From Marsupella aquatica (lineage: Eukaryota > Plantae > Marchantiophyta), in assembly GCA_973895155.1 (NCBI GenBank), contig OZ316894.1, positions 17,018,563-17,082,562 on the forward strand: a stretch of 64,000 nucleotides of DNA. The letters run 5' to 3'. Positions within the stretch are counted from its first letter, which is position 1, and every line of letters starts with the position of its first letter. Positions 13,501 to 26,638 of this stretch are shown here, piece by piece. A program made the translations under genes and the position numbers. Under the pieces are notes generated by a model, which saw nothing but the letters and a program-made list of their open reading frames with translations, ran no database searches and had not been told where the DNA came from.

Positions 13501-14167
13501 GTAGTTTGGTCCAGACTTTCTTGATTATACCAGCGTTCTTCTTAGCTAATTCTTCTTTCTGCTTCTGTTTCGCCTTTGCAGAGGCAGAGGATAGCCCAAC
13601 AACAGCCTGGTCACAATCATCAGCAGAGGCGTCTAACTGCTTTCTGGGCTTCTGGGCTTCATCTTCATCCTCTTGGTAAGGCTTCGGAGACGCCGTACTA
13701 GCGGCTGATTGGGCAGGCGCACACAAGACTCGGGTGCGCGACGAAAAATGACGTCTCCCAAGAGGATCAAATTGCGCATCATCTGTAAAATACTTCAAAG
13801 CAGCGTCCGCCCAGGGTTCTGGAAAGACTCGGGGTTGGAGAAAGTTTCCCACTTTGCCTGAAACATATGCTCTCTGAATCAAATTCGATGGCGTTACCGT
13901 ACCATAATATCGTCTGTGAATTAGATCCAATGGCCTCGTAGGGATGATAACCTCGCTTTCTGTATCCCTCCCATCAAAGATGAAATCTGTCGTCGAGGCC
14001 ACAGGGCTGCTGAAATGATGCCCTTTGAGAGACGATCTTGCATAATTGTAGTATGACCGGGATTCAGAAGAACAGACAGGACTGATTGGCACTGGATGCT
14101 CTTCCAAGACCCGCACAAGCCTCCTTGCACCCCTTTTGCGGACTACCCCGAGAAGTCGAGAGGCCAT
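7560..14167 (-). CDS. LETM1: LETM1-like mitochondrial inner-membrane protein with C-terminal EF-hand, ~806 aa; 14 exons: 14167-13458, 13209-12897, 12566-12420, 12203-12115, 11726-11634, 11319-11193, 10613-10549, 10341-10170, 9192-8992, 8830-8783, 8594-8448, 8276-8194, 7962-7847, 7669-7560
   Basis: LETM1 motifs HYWLGTKLLWADVRIS, ADIFRLVPFAVFLIVPFMEFLLP, FNDELTLDNLTRPRLVSMCKYM, CRERGM and EF-hand DRDHDGKVTAEEV. All introns are GT-AG with consistent phases, and the exons sum to 2421 nt ending in TAG. Confidence 0.96.
11824..12072. other. Long intronic inverted repeat with a perfect 63-bp stem in LETM1 intron 4; candidate MIR/hairpin RNA or MITE remnant
   Basis: 11875-11937 is the exact reverse complement of 11957-12019. 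Outer pairing TACTCGTTGGCT (11836-11847) with AGCCAACGAGTA (12051-12062). Confidence 0.9.
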
Positions 14168-16399
14168 ATCTAGGGCTGAAGCAAGCACTACAAAACCTTT
14201 ATACCAGTCTCCAAAGCGTCTCGAAATCCTGATAGTCCAGCCAGCTTACCACCGCTCAAATTCGCAATTCTCCCTCCTTCCTTAGCCAAGATGGACATTA
14301 CGGATGTGAACGAGACTGTCAAATTCCTGCCCTCTCGGCATTCACAATCTCTGAACGCAATACACAATGCACGACCAGGATTGCATGGCAAAAACCCCGA
14401 TCCAGACAAATACAGGGGAGGTATTCCTCCACGTATGTCGCATCCACAGATTCTGCTGCAACAAGTCGAGATCAAATTTGCTGCTGTGAGCAGTGGAGAA
14501 TGGAAACCTCATCTACTGGCATCCTATTCTATACTACCACATTGGCCATGATAATGTCATTCCGACCGCGCCAAAAGACGTCTCAGCCACTCGCCACGAC
14601 AAGCAAAGCAGGTACACATGAAGAGCAGAGCTTCCGGAACCAAAATCGAGCAATCAATCAATCCTCAGACCGCTATCAAGCCAAGGAGGATGATACTACT
14701 CCACGGGCACCGTCAACCCCAATCTCTGCGCAAGTGGCTTTCATTCGTCCTAGTCCTGGCCTGTGATGGAAAGGGGATCGATCACGTTAGTAACTTGGGT
14801 ACGTCGCAGAAGTGGCAGAAGTGGCAGCAGGTGAAGAAGATCCTTTCGTTTCCTTACACTCTACGGGAGAAGCAAAACCCTCTGCTATTCCTGCCCCAGA
14901 TGCTCCTCCTCCTCTGCTACTGCTGCTTTTTCTCCTTCGTCGCAGGAGCAGGGATTTTGACCTCTTGTCCTGGAATACGCTCGCACTGGTCTCTCTCATC
15001 GCTGCCCCGTTGTTTGCCTTTCCATTTGATACGTTGCAACTCGATTATTTTGCGGAAATGCGCTCGCTGACATCAGCCAATTGATAATGAGGTACCGATC
15101 ACCAATGCCTCCGGGCCCGCCGACCCGCGACGCAAGCAAAGGAAAGGAAAGGAAAGGAAAGGACACGAAAAGTTCGTGGTCGCTTTTGCAGCTTCAGCAG
15201 CAAATCCATTCTTCTGCCCGCTCCTCGCTAAAGCTGCGCTTGTCCTCCATATCCACGCAGACCAGACCAAAGCACCATGTCCAGCGAATCGAATTGCAAG
15301 ACGAGCAAAAAGCAAAAAAGCAGAACCTCGTCCATCAAATGGCTCTGCTCGTCCGCTCTTGTCGTTTGACGGCATCCGCCACTCCGACCGCGGTTAGGTT
15401 GGCCCATCCCAACTCGGGTTACATCCCACCAAAATGTTGTCGGGTAAAACCATTGTTCCAAGAAGGGGTTGTGTAAAGGATAATGACTGTCTGGGCACAG
15501 GGTTATTTTAGGCTGGTTGTGTACAGGATAATACTGTCTGGGCATTGGGTTATTTTAGGCTACAACATGTGACCAAAAAGTGAACAAAATTTGATACTCA
15601 ATAGTAGTGGAATCTTTTCTGAGCATTCTGGGAGCAGGGTTTAACCTTGAACCCCAGCCTGGACAATCACAATAGTAGGCAAATATGGTTTGGAAAAGAG
15701 TTGACTAACATGACCTTTTGGGCAAAAGATTATGGAAATAGCCCTCTTCAAGTGGTTACACACGTAACCTTCATTCCAACCTGGATTATATTGACCAAAA
15801 ATGTATATGGTATACTCTAAGAGGTAGACAACCAGAAATTGTAGGAATCACCTATGATCCAAAATATGTCTTTTGGATACAAATTAGCTAAACTTTTAAC
15901 AACATAGGAGATAAGTGAGGGTAGTTTAACATCAGATTTAAATAATATATTCTCCTATATGCACTTTCTATAAAGTAAAATAAGTCATTAATAGTGAAAA
16001 TATATAATAGTGAAAATATATAATATTCTTGGAATAGTGTCTTTGTAAAATAGGGTTATTTATATAAGCTATGATGGTAAGTGGTATCCCAAAAATACAC
16101 AAACTTAACCTCTAGAGGGAAATCATTGCTTCAAGGGATGTAATCCCTTACAAGAGTAAGTCCAGGCAAGGGGTTAAAATCATGGGTTTACAAGCATAGT
16201 CCCCAAGTGTAACCTTGCTCTAGTTTTGACCTTAAACTTGAGCTTGAAATTGGATAGCCTTGAGGGGAGCCAAATTCTTATAATCCTTAGGCCAGGGTGG
16301 CAAGGGGCAATGGTTGATAACCATCCATAGAAATACAAAAAAAAACTACAAGAGATGATTATGGATATCCATCCCAAATCAGTTTACAATCCTGTAAAT

Positions 16400-16820
16400 G
16401 GTTAACCTACTCGTCCCAGCACAAGTAAAAATCATATTTTCTAGTCTCATATTCTATGTTGGACTGGTCAAGCTCCGATCTGGTGGAACCCGCCACTCCG
16501 CCAAGGATAGATTGGCCATCTCAACTTGGGTTGCATTCCACCAAAATGACTACCCACAGTACCCAGAAAAAGTAAAAATCATCTTCTTCTACCCCATAAT
16601 CTATGTTGGACTGGTCAAGCTCCAGTCTGGTAGGATTCGCCACTCAGACCATGGCTAGGTTGGACATTAAAACGTGGGGTAATATTAAGCCCCATATCCT
16701 TTCCAATATTCTTTTACTATGGTGTCCCCAAGCTGGTCAAAATTATCAAGTAGCCCCAAAGCTAATTTGGTTATTAGATTCTCCCCTTCCCCGTCTCTTT
16801 CTTGTGTAGGTTGGTTAAAC
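16400..16820. repeat. Degenerate ~150 bp tandem repeat
   Basis: AAGTAAAAATCAT...CTATGTTGGACTGGTCAAGCTCC at about 16422 and 16570, with a weaker third copy. Confidence 0.7.
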
Positions 16821-19800
16821 TCGACTAACCCGGATGGCATACAATTAGTTTGCAGACACATAGAGGCTCTTGACTTGCTTGGAGAAATTATGAGGCTCAC
16901 AATAGGGGTATTGCGTGTCTGGGGATTTTCTTGGACCAGTTGTATTTGGGGTCATGTGGAGGCTTATAATTTGTCCAAGAAAATCCCAAACCTAGTATGT
17001 ATCAATCATCTCAGGTTACTCTAGTCTGGTTAAGCCAACCCACATATAACATGTGGGGGGCAACTTGATAATGAAATTAGTTTGGGGATAGATTAGTCAT
17101 TTTGACTGGTTTGGGGGATAGGCAAGTAACAAATGGATCCTTCAAATTGTTCAAAAGGTCCTCAGTCTACCCCTTCCTCTTCAGCTCTTGGAATCCACTT
17201 CAAAGGTATTTGTAATGCTTGTGTTCCCTTTGCCCTCATCCACTTGAGGGCACAAAAGCAGAGCGGAAGGTCTGGCCTCTCATTGACTCCCCCCCCCCAA
17301 TTGATAATTTGAGGGTTACCTTGAAGTTAAGAACAGGTTGGGGTTCTCCCTAGGTTCAACAATATGAAATGGTATAAAATATTGATCTTGTTTGAGGGCT
17401 GATGGAACATTGCACCAAATTCACCTACAAAAATATTGTATAGTTCTGTTTGCCTACCCTAATTTTGCAGATCAATTAACACCACAAATAAATGATGTAT
17501 GAAATAAGACAAAGACTAGACCATAAGTCCTGCCTTATGAGAAGTGTCAATGCTACCTCCTTCCATTATTAAATTATGTAATTGGGTTCCATAACTAGAC
17601 TTAGAGAATTGACCACAAATCCATAACTTTCAGCCACTATCCAGCTTTGAGACTACCTGTTCAAGATTTGGGATGAGGTTTTTTTTGTTCTAGACTGTCC
17701 CTCTATTTTGTTTTTAAGTTTGAGTTTTCTCTGTAGCAGCTCGCATAATAGTCAAGTATTATCTATCACATAAATTGCAAAGGCATTTTTTGATAAGGAC
17801 TTGTCACTTTAAGGTGCATAACCATTTTGGGGAAGTGATTTTTAGGAATGCAACCTCTATTTACAACCGAAAGATGAGCTTGGGGGATTGACTTCCAAAA
17901 ATTGTAGGAACTATGTGTAATCTAAAAATAGTATTTTTGATGAAGATTAACTAAATTTTTAAAAAGTTGTAGGCAATAAAGGATATATTTACACTCCAAT
18001 TTATAGAATATTCTCTAATATCTACCTTTCATAAGGTAAGATAGATAATGAATATTAAAAAAAGAAAATTTCTTTATAAAATATGAGTATTTGTACTATG
18101 CAAGAATTGCATTTGATACCCCAAAATATGCATGAAGATAATCCCCCAACAGGAGAAGTAGTACATTGGGCTTGTTTTTCCAATTCCAAGAAAATTTTGC
18201 GTATGAGTATGAGAAACATTTGAGAACCTCCAACATTAATTTTGGAACTTGGAGACCCATCTTCATAAACATTCATCTTTGTTAGGATTTACTCTTAGGT
18301 CTAGAGTTACGACTGTACCGTAGTTAAGGCTAACCTTAGTCGCAGACTTGGTTAGGTTAGTCATGTTGTGCACACTCTATACCCAAGCTGTGTTTTCTTG
18401 GAGAGTGGGAACTAAGGCTCATTGTTACGGAGCTAGTTGAAAGATAGGGAGAGCTTGCGCTATGGATGCTTAGTATGGCCGGTCGACTGAGAGTGCAGTC
18501 GGGAGTGCAGTAAAGCTCTTGTGTGTTCCCATGGACGTAACCTCATGTGGAGGTGAACCATATATCTCTCTGTGTCAACTCTTGTGCGTTGGATGTTTCA
18601 TGGGCTTACCGTTATAATTCTTGTCTATGCTCAACAATTGGTATTAGAGCATGCTTGGGAGGTGACGAAGATTTTTTGTGACGGTTTTCCAGTGTTCATT
18701 GTCGGTGTAACATTCAAAGTTTTGTCACATGAACTCAAATGCGTGTGGTTGAGCAAATAGATTAGTGAGAGGGCTTTCTATCGTTGTATAGAACTCACTG
18801 GTTGGTATCCGTGGTGCGGAGGAATCAAAGTTTGCGTCAATCTGGAGTTATTTGTGTTCGACAATTTTTTGGGGGGAGAGACGAAATTTTGTGTTTGCAA
18901 CGGTGTGAGTTGTGCGGTGCGGGAGGTGTCACATGTTATAGCTCAAGTTGTAGGTTGAAGCGAGCTGGTCATTTTGGTAGTTGAGTTATTATCGAGTGTT
19001 TACTGAGTGCGTCATGACGAGTGAAAAATGAGTTCAGGTTTTTTCACAAGCTATGGAGCTTGTTCCCATCTGAATTGGGTTTCTTGTCGTCACGTCCAAC
19101 TTGAAGCAGCAAATGCAAAGTGCTAGGGCTAGGGCTCAACAGAGAGATTGTGGCAAAGCGGTCGTTATGAGTCCGGGATTGGCACTTGACGCGGAGTGAG
19201 TGTGACATGAAGGAAAGTTTTTACTCTGTTGGAGCTACAGATTGTGCCGGTGTAATTTGGCAACTTTTCCCCATCGATGGTAGTCTTTTTTCTCTCGTGT
19301 AATTGCGAGCGGCAAGGTGTGTAACCAACATTTTTTCCTTTAAAATGTCATTTTTTGGGTTACTTTAGGGCAAATTTTTTTGTGTGTACCCTGCCTTTCA
19401 CCCTTCGTACCCCGTGCCCTCATACTCGCGACCACCATCCACCCGGCCCCAATACAAAGGATTTTTCTTGAGGGACCTTAAAACCCCTTTAGGGACCGGT
19501 TTATTTTTTCCTCCTCTCTCCTTATTGGTTGTGCCTTGTGTCGGGACCTGTCGCCCTTCGATTTAACTGCTTGGACAGGGGGAACAACCCCTTGTGAGAC
19601 TTGTCAGACTATGCGGGAATATTTCCCAAAAACATAAAGTTGTTTTTTGTCCGTCTGACAAACATTCCGCGCGCCAAGGGATAACTTTTTCAGTTCTTTT
19701 TTGGCAAGATCGTAGCCATTAAAGTTGGCAATGCGGCGCACCAATCGAATTGTGATTCTGATGACCGGTTGTACTTGACATTTTGGTTATTCCCTGAGAT

Positions 19801-19864
19801 GGTCAAAACGGGGGAGTTTCCCAAGGTTTTACCCACCCCAACCAAAATTTGAATAACTTTTCCA

Positions 19865-22800
19865 TGTTATGAGGTAACTAGTCCTAGACCAGACTAGGAG
19901 GTTACCTTTACCATGGTTACCTCAAGACACTATATATACACCCGGTTGATCCCCAACCGAGTGATTCATTCATTCATTCATACATTCATTAATCCATTCA
20001 TTCAATCTCTCTCTCTCCAACTATGTATGAATCCTATATCACAACACGTTATCAGCACGTAGATTCTACCGTTATGAGAGAGACAATTCTCCCCTTTACC
20101 TATGTGAAATTGAATGCAGAATTTTTCACACCATGGCTTGATCAAATGTCTCACCCCTTTAAAAAATCATATGATTTGCTTACCATGCAATTCTACAAAG
20201 GAATTGAACCTCATTGGTGAAGATGTTCTATGGACGGATGAACTCGAAGATAAAATCCGATGAGAGGAGAAAGGTGCAAGAAAGATACAAGCATAGGGAA
20301 TTAAAAACAGGGATTTCAGAATCTTGAGAATAGAAGTGAGAGTTTTTTTTGTTAACCAAGATTTTGTGTGCACTTTCTCGAGAACCAAGCAAGGAGTTTC
20401 TTTCTCAATAGAAATTAATAGAAGCCGCATCCCCTTCGCACTTTTCAATAGAGCGCTTACAGTCCTAGAAATAAGTCCTAGCCTTGAGAGGGTAGAGGAG
20501 ACGAGCTTATGATCGTAATGAAATTAACATGATTGAACGACTCCAGGAGACAGAGCCAGAGAGCAATCCAATTTCATGGCAGACTGAATAAGAAGAGAAA
20601 AGCCACACTGAGAACGAGATCAAACAAAAGTAGAGCTCCATAGCCAAATCGATTGTAAGCAAAGGATCAAAGAGTGGCCATAACTTTGTAGGACGCATAG
20701 CCACTGTCGCCAAAGACCAAAGGGAACAAAGTTCTGAAGAAGGCCAAAGACCAAAGTTGCAGCCCACCATAGCCGAATCTGAGAAAAATTGCAACGAGAT
20801 CCGATTCGACTGAACCGTTCCACCGGAGAGGCACCAAAGGAGCATAAGTTACCACGATGATACTCTCATTGGAGTAGAACTGAAACGCAAGGAGCAATTG
20901 TCAACAGAAGCCTAGAGTTGATGAATATCAACCCCCTGGTTCCCTTGAAGAAAACACAAAGGAAAGTGAAAACTCCTTAACTGCAACTCATACAAAGAAA
21001 TATAAATTTACAAAAACACTGTGCACTTAAACAAAAACAAAGGATTTCATTCCTGCAAAGGGAATTTACACTTAAACATCTGAAAGTGCCACCACAATAT
21101 GAATGCAAAACAAGACAAGGAAATCTTTCCTTTATAATCTAAGCTCAAAACTATCCAAAGATAAGGCTCAGATCAAAATCAAGTTACTTATTCAAACTAA
21201 GTGACAAAAGGCATAAAGCACCTCTAAATGCAATGAACATAATGCTAGTAGGTCCAGTTCACCCTTGAACTCCATTCATAAGAGCAAGACAAAAGTGCAC
21301 ATTCATATTCTAAACTTCCAACAAGCGCACTCATTTTCACTCAACCATAAACCAAACTTAATAGTGAATACAATATATTCCAAGCGCACAAATGACCACA
21401 AAGAATCTGGCCTAAGAATCTCCCAAATACACCACATGCACTTCATTTTGAGAACATAAACAAAATTAAAAGAATCCCTTGATTCCTGAAGCCTCGAGCA
21501 TGCCTCAAATGTGCTATTTTTCTTGTTAACTCTAATGAAGAATGAACAAGGCATAAATCTAGGACGACTAAACATTCATAGCCCGACCCGAGGCTAGTCA
21601 AGAAACCCCAATTTCCAGCATCCAAGCTAATAATGCCTTCTTCAACTCCCACTTCAACTGAAGAGACCCATGCCCAGATTTCCATCAGAATGTTTATCTA
21701 TACAACTGTTACTAGGCCATTCCTATAGAGAACCAAGCGACCTTGTATAGGTCATATATTCACATTAGCAACTTTGCATCTATCACACGTCCAAAATGAC
21801 TTACAAGAAAGTTATCATTACATCTTTGCACATAGACTTGGGTTTGACGTTTACCCTTATTAAACATGTTTACACCCATTACTACCATTAGGGGGAGAAT
21901 GTACCTACTTCATACATGCCAATATCCCATTGAATCACTACACCTTCCGGTGTACTACCTCACGGACACTATCCATTGTGGATTACAAAGTCCTGACAAC
22001 ATACATGGACTTTACACACAGTGATTAAGACCCAAAACCAGAATCTTATACTTTGATTAAAGTTTTATACACTTTTAGCATGCATGCCTTTACAACTTGT
22101 ACAGAAGTAAGAACACAAACCTCATCCCTTTGGACCTAGGATCATGTTCACCAGACAAAATGAAAACACTTACTCTAAGACACTGGACTAGGATAAGGGA
22201 ATTAGAAAATTAACAATGTTAAAGGTATGGTACAGATGTTTGGATTATGGGCAAAGCCCCTAACCTCATCTAGTCAAGACCCAATGCGGTGTTAATATGG
22301 GCCTTTTATCTTGACTTTGGGCATTTCTAAATATGGTACTTACACCATACCAAACTAGGACTTTTCTATCATTTTTATAATAATACATGATTAGCATCCG
22401 TTGATGCAACATGTCTACTCCACACTTTGGAAAACTCCCATTTAGCAATTGGGCTAATTAGCACCTTCGGTATCAATCCAGTGATCTGAAACATATAGGA
22501 TAATGCCATTGCATCCCCACACAACCCACATTAATTATCTTAATACCCCCTGGTATTAGATAGCATAAGCCATACTAAAACATGACATGGTTCCTCCAGC
22601 TACTAACCAAACTACTAATTATTTGGAACTTAGATTGTTTATTTGATGCAAGGCCATACAGGTGACCCAAATTTCAAATGCGGAGAACTAGAAAAAGTTT
22701 TTCATGAAGGCATTGACCCCTCCTGTCCACAAACACCACTGCCATGCAATTGAACTCCGAAGCTTACACCGCTTGATTACTACTGATTGACACATGATTG

Positions 22801-23310
22801 ACACACACCACCACCGTGGTTCAACTCTCACATCTCACCAAGAGGACCAACCGGCTGTACTCTTTTTCCTTTAGGGTCATATATTTTATTTTTTCTCTAC
22901 TACCTTGGTAGAGTTGTTTTTACCTCAATCTAGCACCGCTAAAGGTTTTAACGAGGCAGTCCACCTCTTTGGTCAATCAAACATATATGTCTATAAGCAT
23001 GCAAACACTTTTTACTATCACTGAAACTCATCTCGTGCAAGTCTATAAGCATGGTGATAGATTTTTCTTACCTAGTTCTAGGAGTAGTCTAGATTGTCTC
23101 CATAACTCCCATTATGTAGCCAAGGGGGAGTGTTATGAGGTAACTAGTCCTAGACCAGACTAGGAGGTTACCTTTACCATGGTTACCTCAAGACACTATA
23201 TATACATCCGATTGATCCCCAACCGAGTGATTCATTCATTCATACATTCATTAATCCATTCATTCAATCTCTCTCCCTCTCCAACTATGTATGAATCCTA
23301 TATCATAACA
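19865..23310 (+). mobile_element. Nested non-autonomous short-LTR retrotransposon (copia type, Bianca-like PBS)
   Basis: LTRs 19865-20046 and 23131-23310 (TGT...ACA, near-identical); TSD TTCCA on both sides; PBS CGTTATCAGCACG; PPT AAGGGGGAG; no intact ORF. Confidence 0.93.
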
Positions 23311-23799
23311 TTCCATTGAATTTTGATTTTGATTTTGGTTTTTAGTGTTGGACTCCTAGTTTTGTGGGCTACGCAGCGGTGTTTAATTTTGAGTTTTTTG
23401 AGAAGTTGTGAAAAACGACATTTTTTCGTGATTTTCTCAAATGAGTGATTCGGAGGAGATTTTTGAAGAAGTGAAACTTGAAGCACAAGGATTGCTGCGT
23501 TGGTTTGAGGTGGAGAGAGATATCCAAGAGGAAGAGCACGTGACACCGATACCATCTAGACTTGGGGAGATCTAGATCCTGAAGGGTTACTTACCAAGAC
23601 GCTTGGTTGTTTGTGTAGACAGTGAGGACCGTTGATTAGCGGTCGTGTTGGAGAGCAAGTGTGACTTTGTATGGGAGGGGCCGTTGGTGGTACAAGGGGC
23701 ACAAGGTTGCTTGCTCAAGGTATTCCGTGGAGGCGTTTGGGCACCAGGGACACTTAGGCGTGGGTGGTGGGATTGGTGAGGGCACTGGGTGGCAAGGTC

Positions 23800-26638
23800 C
23801 ACCACTCTATCATGGCTTGGTAGTTTTTGGAAGTGATGCATATGCTCTCACACCAAAGCAGAATAGGACCAAGTTGGATCCCCTAGGCCCCCAGCCTTTG
23901 TAAACTAAAGAGGTATACATGCGTACACCCCCCTCCCTAGTACCCCTTATTATTTTTGGAAGCCTATAAAAATTTCCCTTGTTATTCTTAAAAACTTAAT
24001 TTTGGAGAATAAATCTGCCCCTTTGAGATATTATAATTTCACATTTTACACAATTTATGAAAGCCTTGAAAAGTTATAAATTCATCATGTGCAACCGGTT
24101 CTAAAACTGACGGGAGTGTTTTGGAAGGGTTTTGGGTACATACATTTTTGTGTTCGTGACCCTTTAACCCCAAACTTCAACTTTGGGGCATTTTTGAACC
24201 ACAGGGCAAGGTAGTCAGGGTTCAAAAGCTCCAAAGTTCTAAACTACTCTGAATCATAGATGTTGCAAGCATAATTATATGTCATATACACATGTTCCAA
24301 TAAAAGGTGGCCACAAGGACCAATCCTATTGTGACGCGTGTCACATCCATATTACATCACCTCTTGAAGCATATTAACTTGGGCGACATTTATATAAGCC
24401 TATATTAGTTAGAAAGGGTTCTTTGAATAAAACCATCCCTTGATATTTCTAAGCCAGTTATAAAAATTAATCTCAAATCAGATTTTTTGCACCCTTCATC
24501 CGTTCGCACGTCCAGCCCATTATTAATAATGTTGGGGGCCCAGGGGTTGGATCCTACCTCCAAAATATGTGTTTTGCTTGGGTATCAGAGTGGTGTGAAG
24601 GTCTATAGGCTATGAGATCCTATTGCCTATAAGTTCATTGTCAGTAGGATGTTTCCTTCAATAAATCCAGATTATTGAAGGAGGGAGAGAATACTCATAT
24701 CTCCCATACTGACAAAGGAAAATCTCTTATCTTGGATCTTGTTGAGGGGAGATTGGTCATGAGGTGCATGACCAGAGAGAAGGAGTTGCTCAAATTATGG
24801 AGTTGGTTCCTGTGCTAGAGGAACCAGCGGAGTTTGTTGATGCTGGTGAGCAACAAGTGGATGCTGCTGACCTTCAGATTGTACCAACACAAGCAGATCA
24901 ACCAAAGTCATCGGCTAGAAGAACATTGGTTGCACTGTACGTACTTCACCAAGGTATGGACAGTGGTTTGATTCATCTCAATTGCAAGAGGAGGATTTTG
25001 TTACTGATGATGAGGGTGGTGCATTGATTTTGGAAGAAAGGGAACCTTCTTCATTTCATGAGGCAAGTGCTTCTAAGGAGAAGCAAGAGTGGACTGTAGC
25101 AATACAAACGGAGATGTAGTCACTGAAGGACAACAAAACTTGGGAGCTTGTCAAGTTGCCTAAGGGACAGCAAGTGATGGATAGCAAGTGGATATACAAG
25201 TTGAAGGATCCGTCCACGGGAGGTGGATCAAAGGTCCACAAGGCTAGGTTAGTAGCCAAGGGATTCACACAAGAAAAATGTGTGGATTACAATGAGGTCT
25301 TCTCATCAGTTGCTAAGTACTCTACAATACGCTATTGTGTGTGCTCGTTGTTATGTTTGGTTTGTTGCTAGAGCAAATAGATGTTGTCACAACCTTCCTC
25401 TATGGCACCTTGGAAGAGGTGATCTTCATGAGACAGCTGCTAGGTTTTGTGAAGAGAGGGCTAGAGGATTTGGTTTGTAGATTGTTGAGATCCTTGTACG
25501 GGTTGAAGCAGTCACCAAGATAGTGGAATAAGCGGTTTGATGATTGGATTCGTGCACAAGGCTTTCACAGGGGTGTGTTTGACCCTTGTGTGTATCTTAA
25601 ACCGGTGAAGAATGTTATCTTTGGGTTTATTATTTTAGTACATTATGTGGATGACATGCTTATTGCGGCCAAGGATAGGTCTAAGATTGTTAAGTTCAAG
25701 GCATTGCTTAGTGCGGTATTTAGGATGAAGGACTTAGAGCCAGCTAAGAGGATTTTGGGTATGAAGATCACTAGGGACTTGGAGGCTGGTAAGCTATGGT
25801 TGACGTAGAGCAGTTATGCGATGAAGGTAAGTGCAAGGTTCAAAATGAGGGATAGCAAACCAGTAAGTACCCCATTGGCTCCACACTTCAAGTTGTCATC
25901 AACTATAAATTGTCCTACGGATGAGACAGAGAAAGGATTGATGTCAAAGGTTCTTTATGACAAGGCAGTGGAGAGTCTCATGTATTTGATGACTTGCACT
26001 AGACCTGATCTTGCCATGGCTATGGGCAAGGTGAGCAGGTACATGTTGAATCTAGGGAAGGTACACTGGGAAGTAGTGAAGTGGATTATTTGGTATTTGA
26101 AGGGTACCGTGGATCATGGTCTATTGTTTGATGCACATGTTGATAATGCTAGATCATTGATGGGCTATGTAGATGCTGACTATGCACAGGATCTGCATAG
26201 GAGGAGGTCAACAACAGGTTATGTGTTCACACTTGGTGGTGGATGCATAAGTTGGAGGTCTACTTTGCATAAGTGTATTGCTCAGTCTACTACAGAAGCG
26301 GAGTATGTTGCAACAATGGAAGCAACAAAGGAAGCGATTGGTTGGATAGACTAATCACTGAGATGAGATTGCCACAGGGGAATATGAAGCTCCATTGTGA
26401 TAGTCAGAGTGCGGTCCACCTTGCTGTGAACCAGGTGATGGACAATAGAGTAAAGCACATCGACGTCAGATACCATTTTATCAAGCAAGCTATGTCTGAT
26501 AATATGTTTGAGCTAGTCAAGATTGACCGTAAACTCAACCCAACTGACGCTTTTACCAAAGTGATTCTTTTGGAGAGTTTTTCTAGACATCGTGATGTGT
26601 TACAGGTTTGCAATTGCCTCACAAGTAGGGTTACTTAA
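23800..26638 (+). pseudogene. Copia pol remnant (integrase C-terminus, RT, RNase H) with stops and frameshifts
   Basis: KWIYKLK...HKARLVAKGFTQ, SLYGLKQSPR, YVDDML, GYVDADYA..RRSTTGYVF, STTEAEY, CDSQSA, KHIDVRYHF. Confidence 0.95.
23881..24545. mobile_element. 665-bp MITE inserted in the copia integrase C-terminal region
   Basis: TIRs CCCTAGGCCCCCA / TGGGGGCCCAGGG; 8-bp TSD GTTGGATC at 23873-23880 and 24546-24553. Removing it restores RTKLDP-TSKICVLLGYQSGVKVYRL. Confidence 0.9.

Noticed and set aside
8014-13679. Plus-strand short ORFs within LETM1
   Set aside because: They are antisense to exons or intronic and have no recognisable motifs.
14291-15545. Overlapping 70-150 aa ORFs upstream of LETM1 as a separate gene
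   Set aside because: This is GC-rich leader/promoter sequence with a (GGAAA)n microsatellite and no coherent protein.
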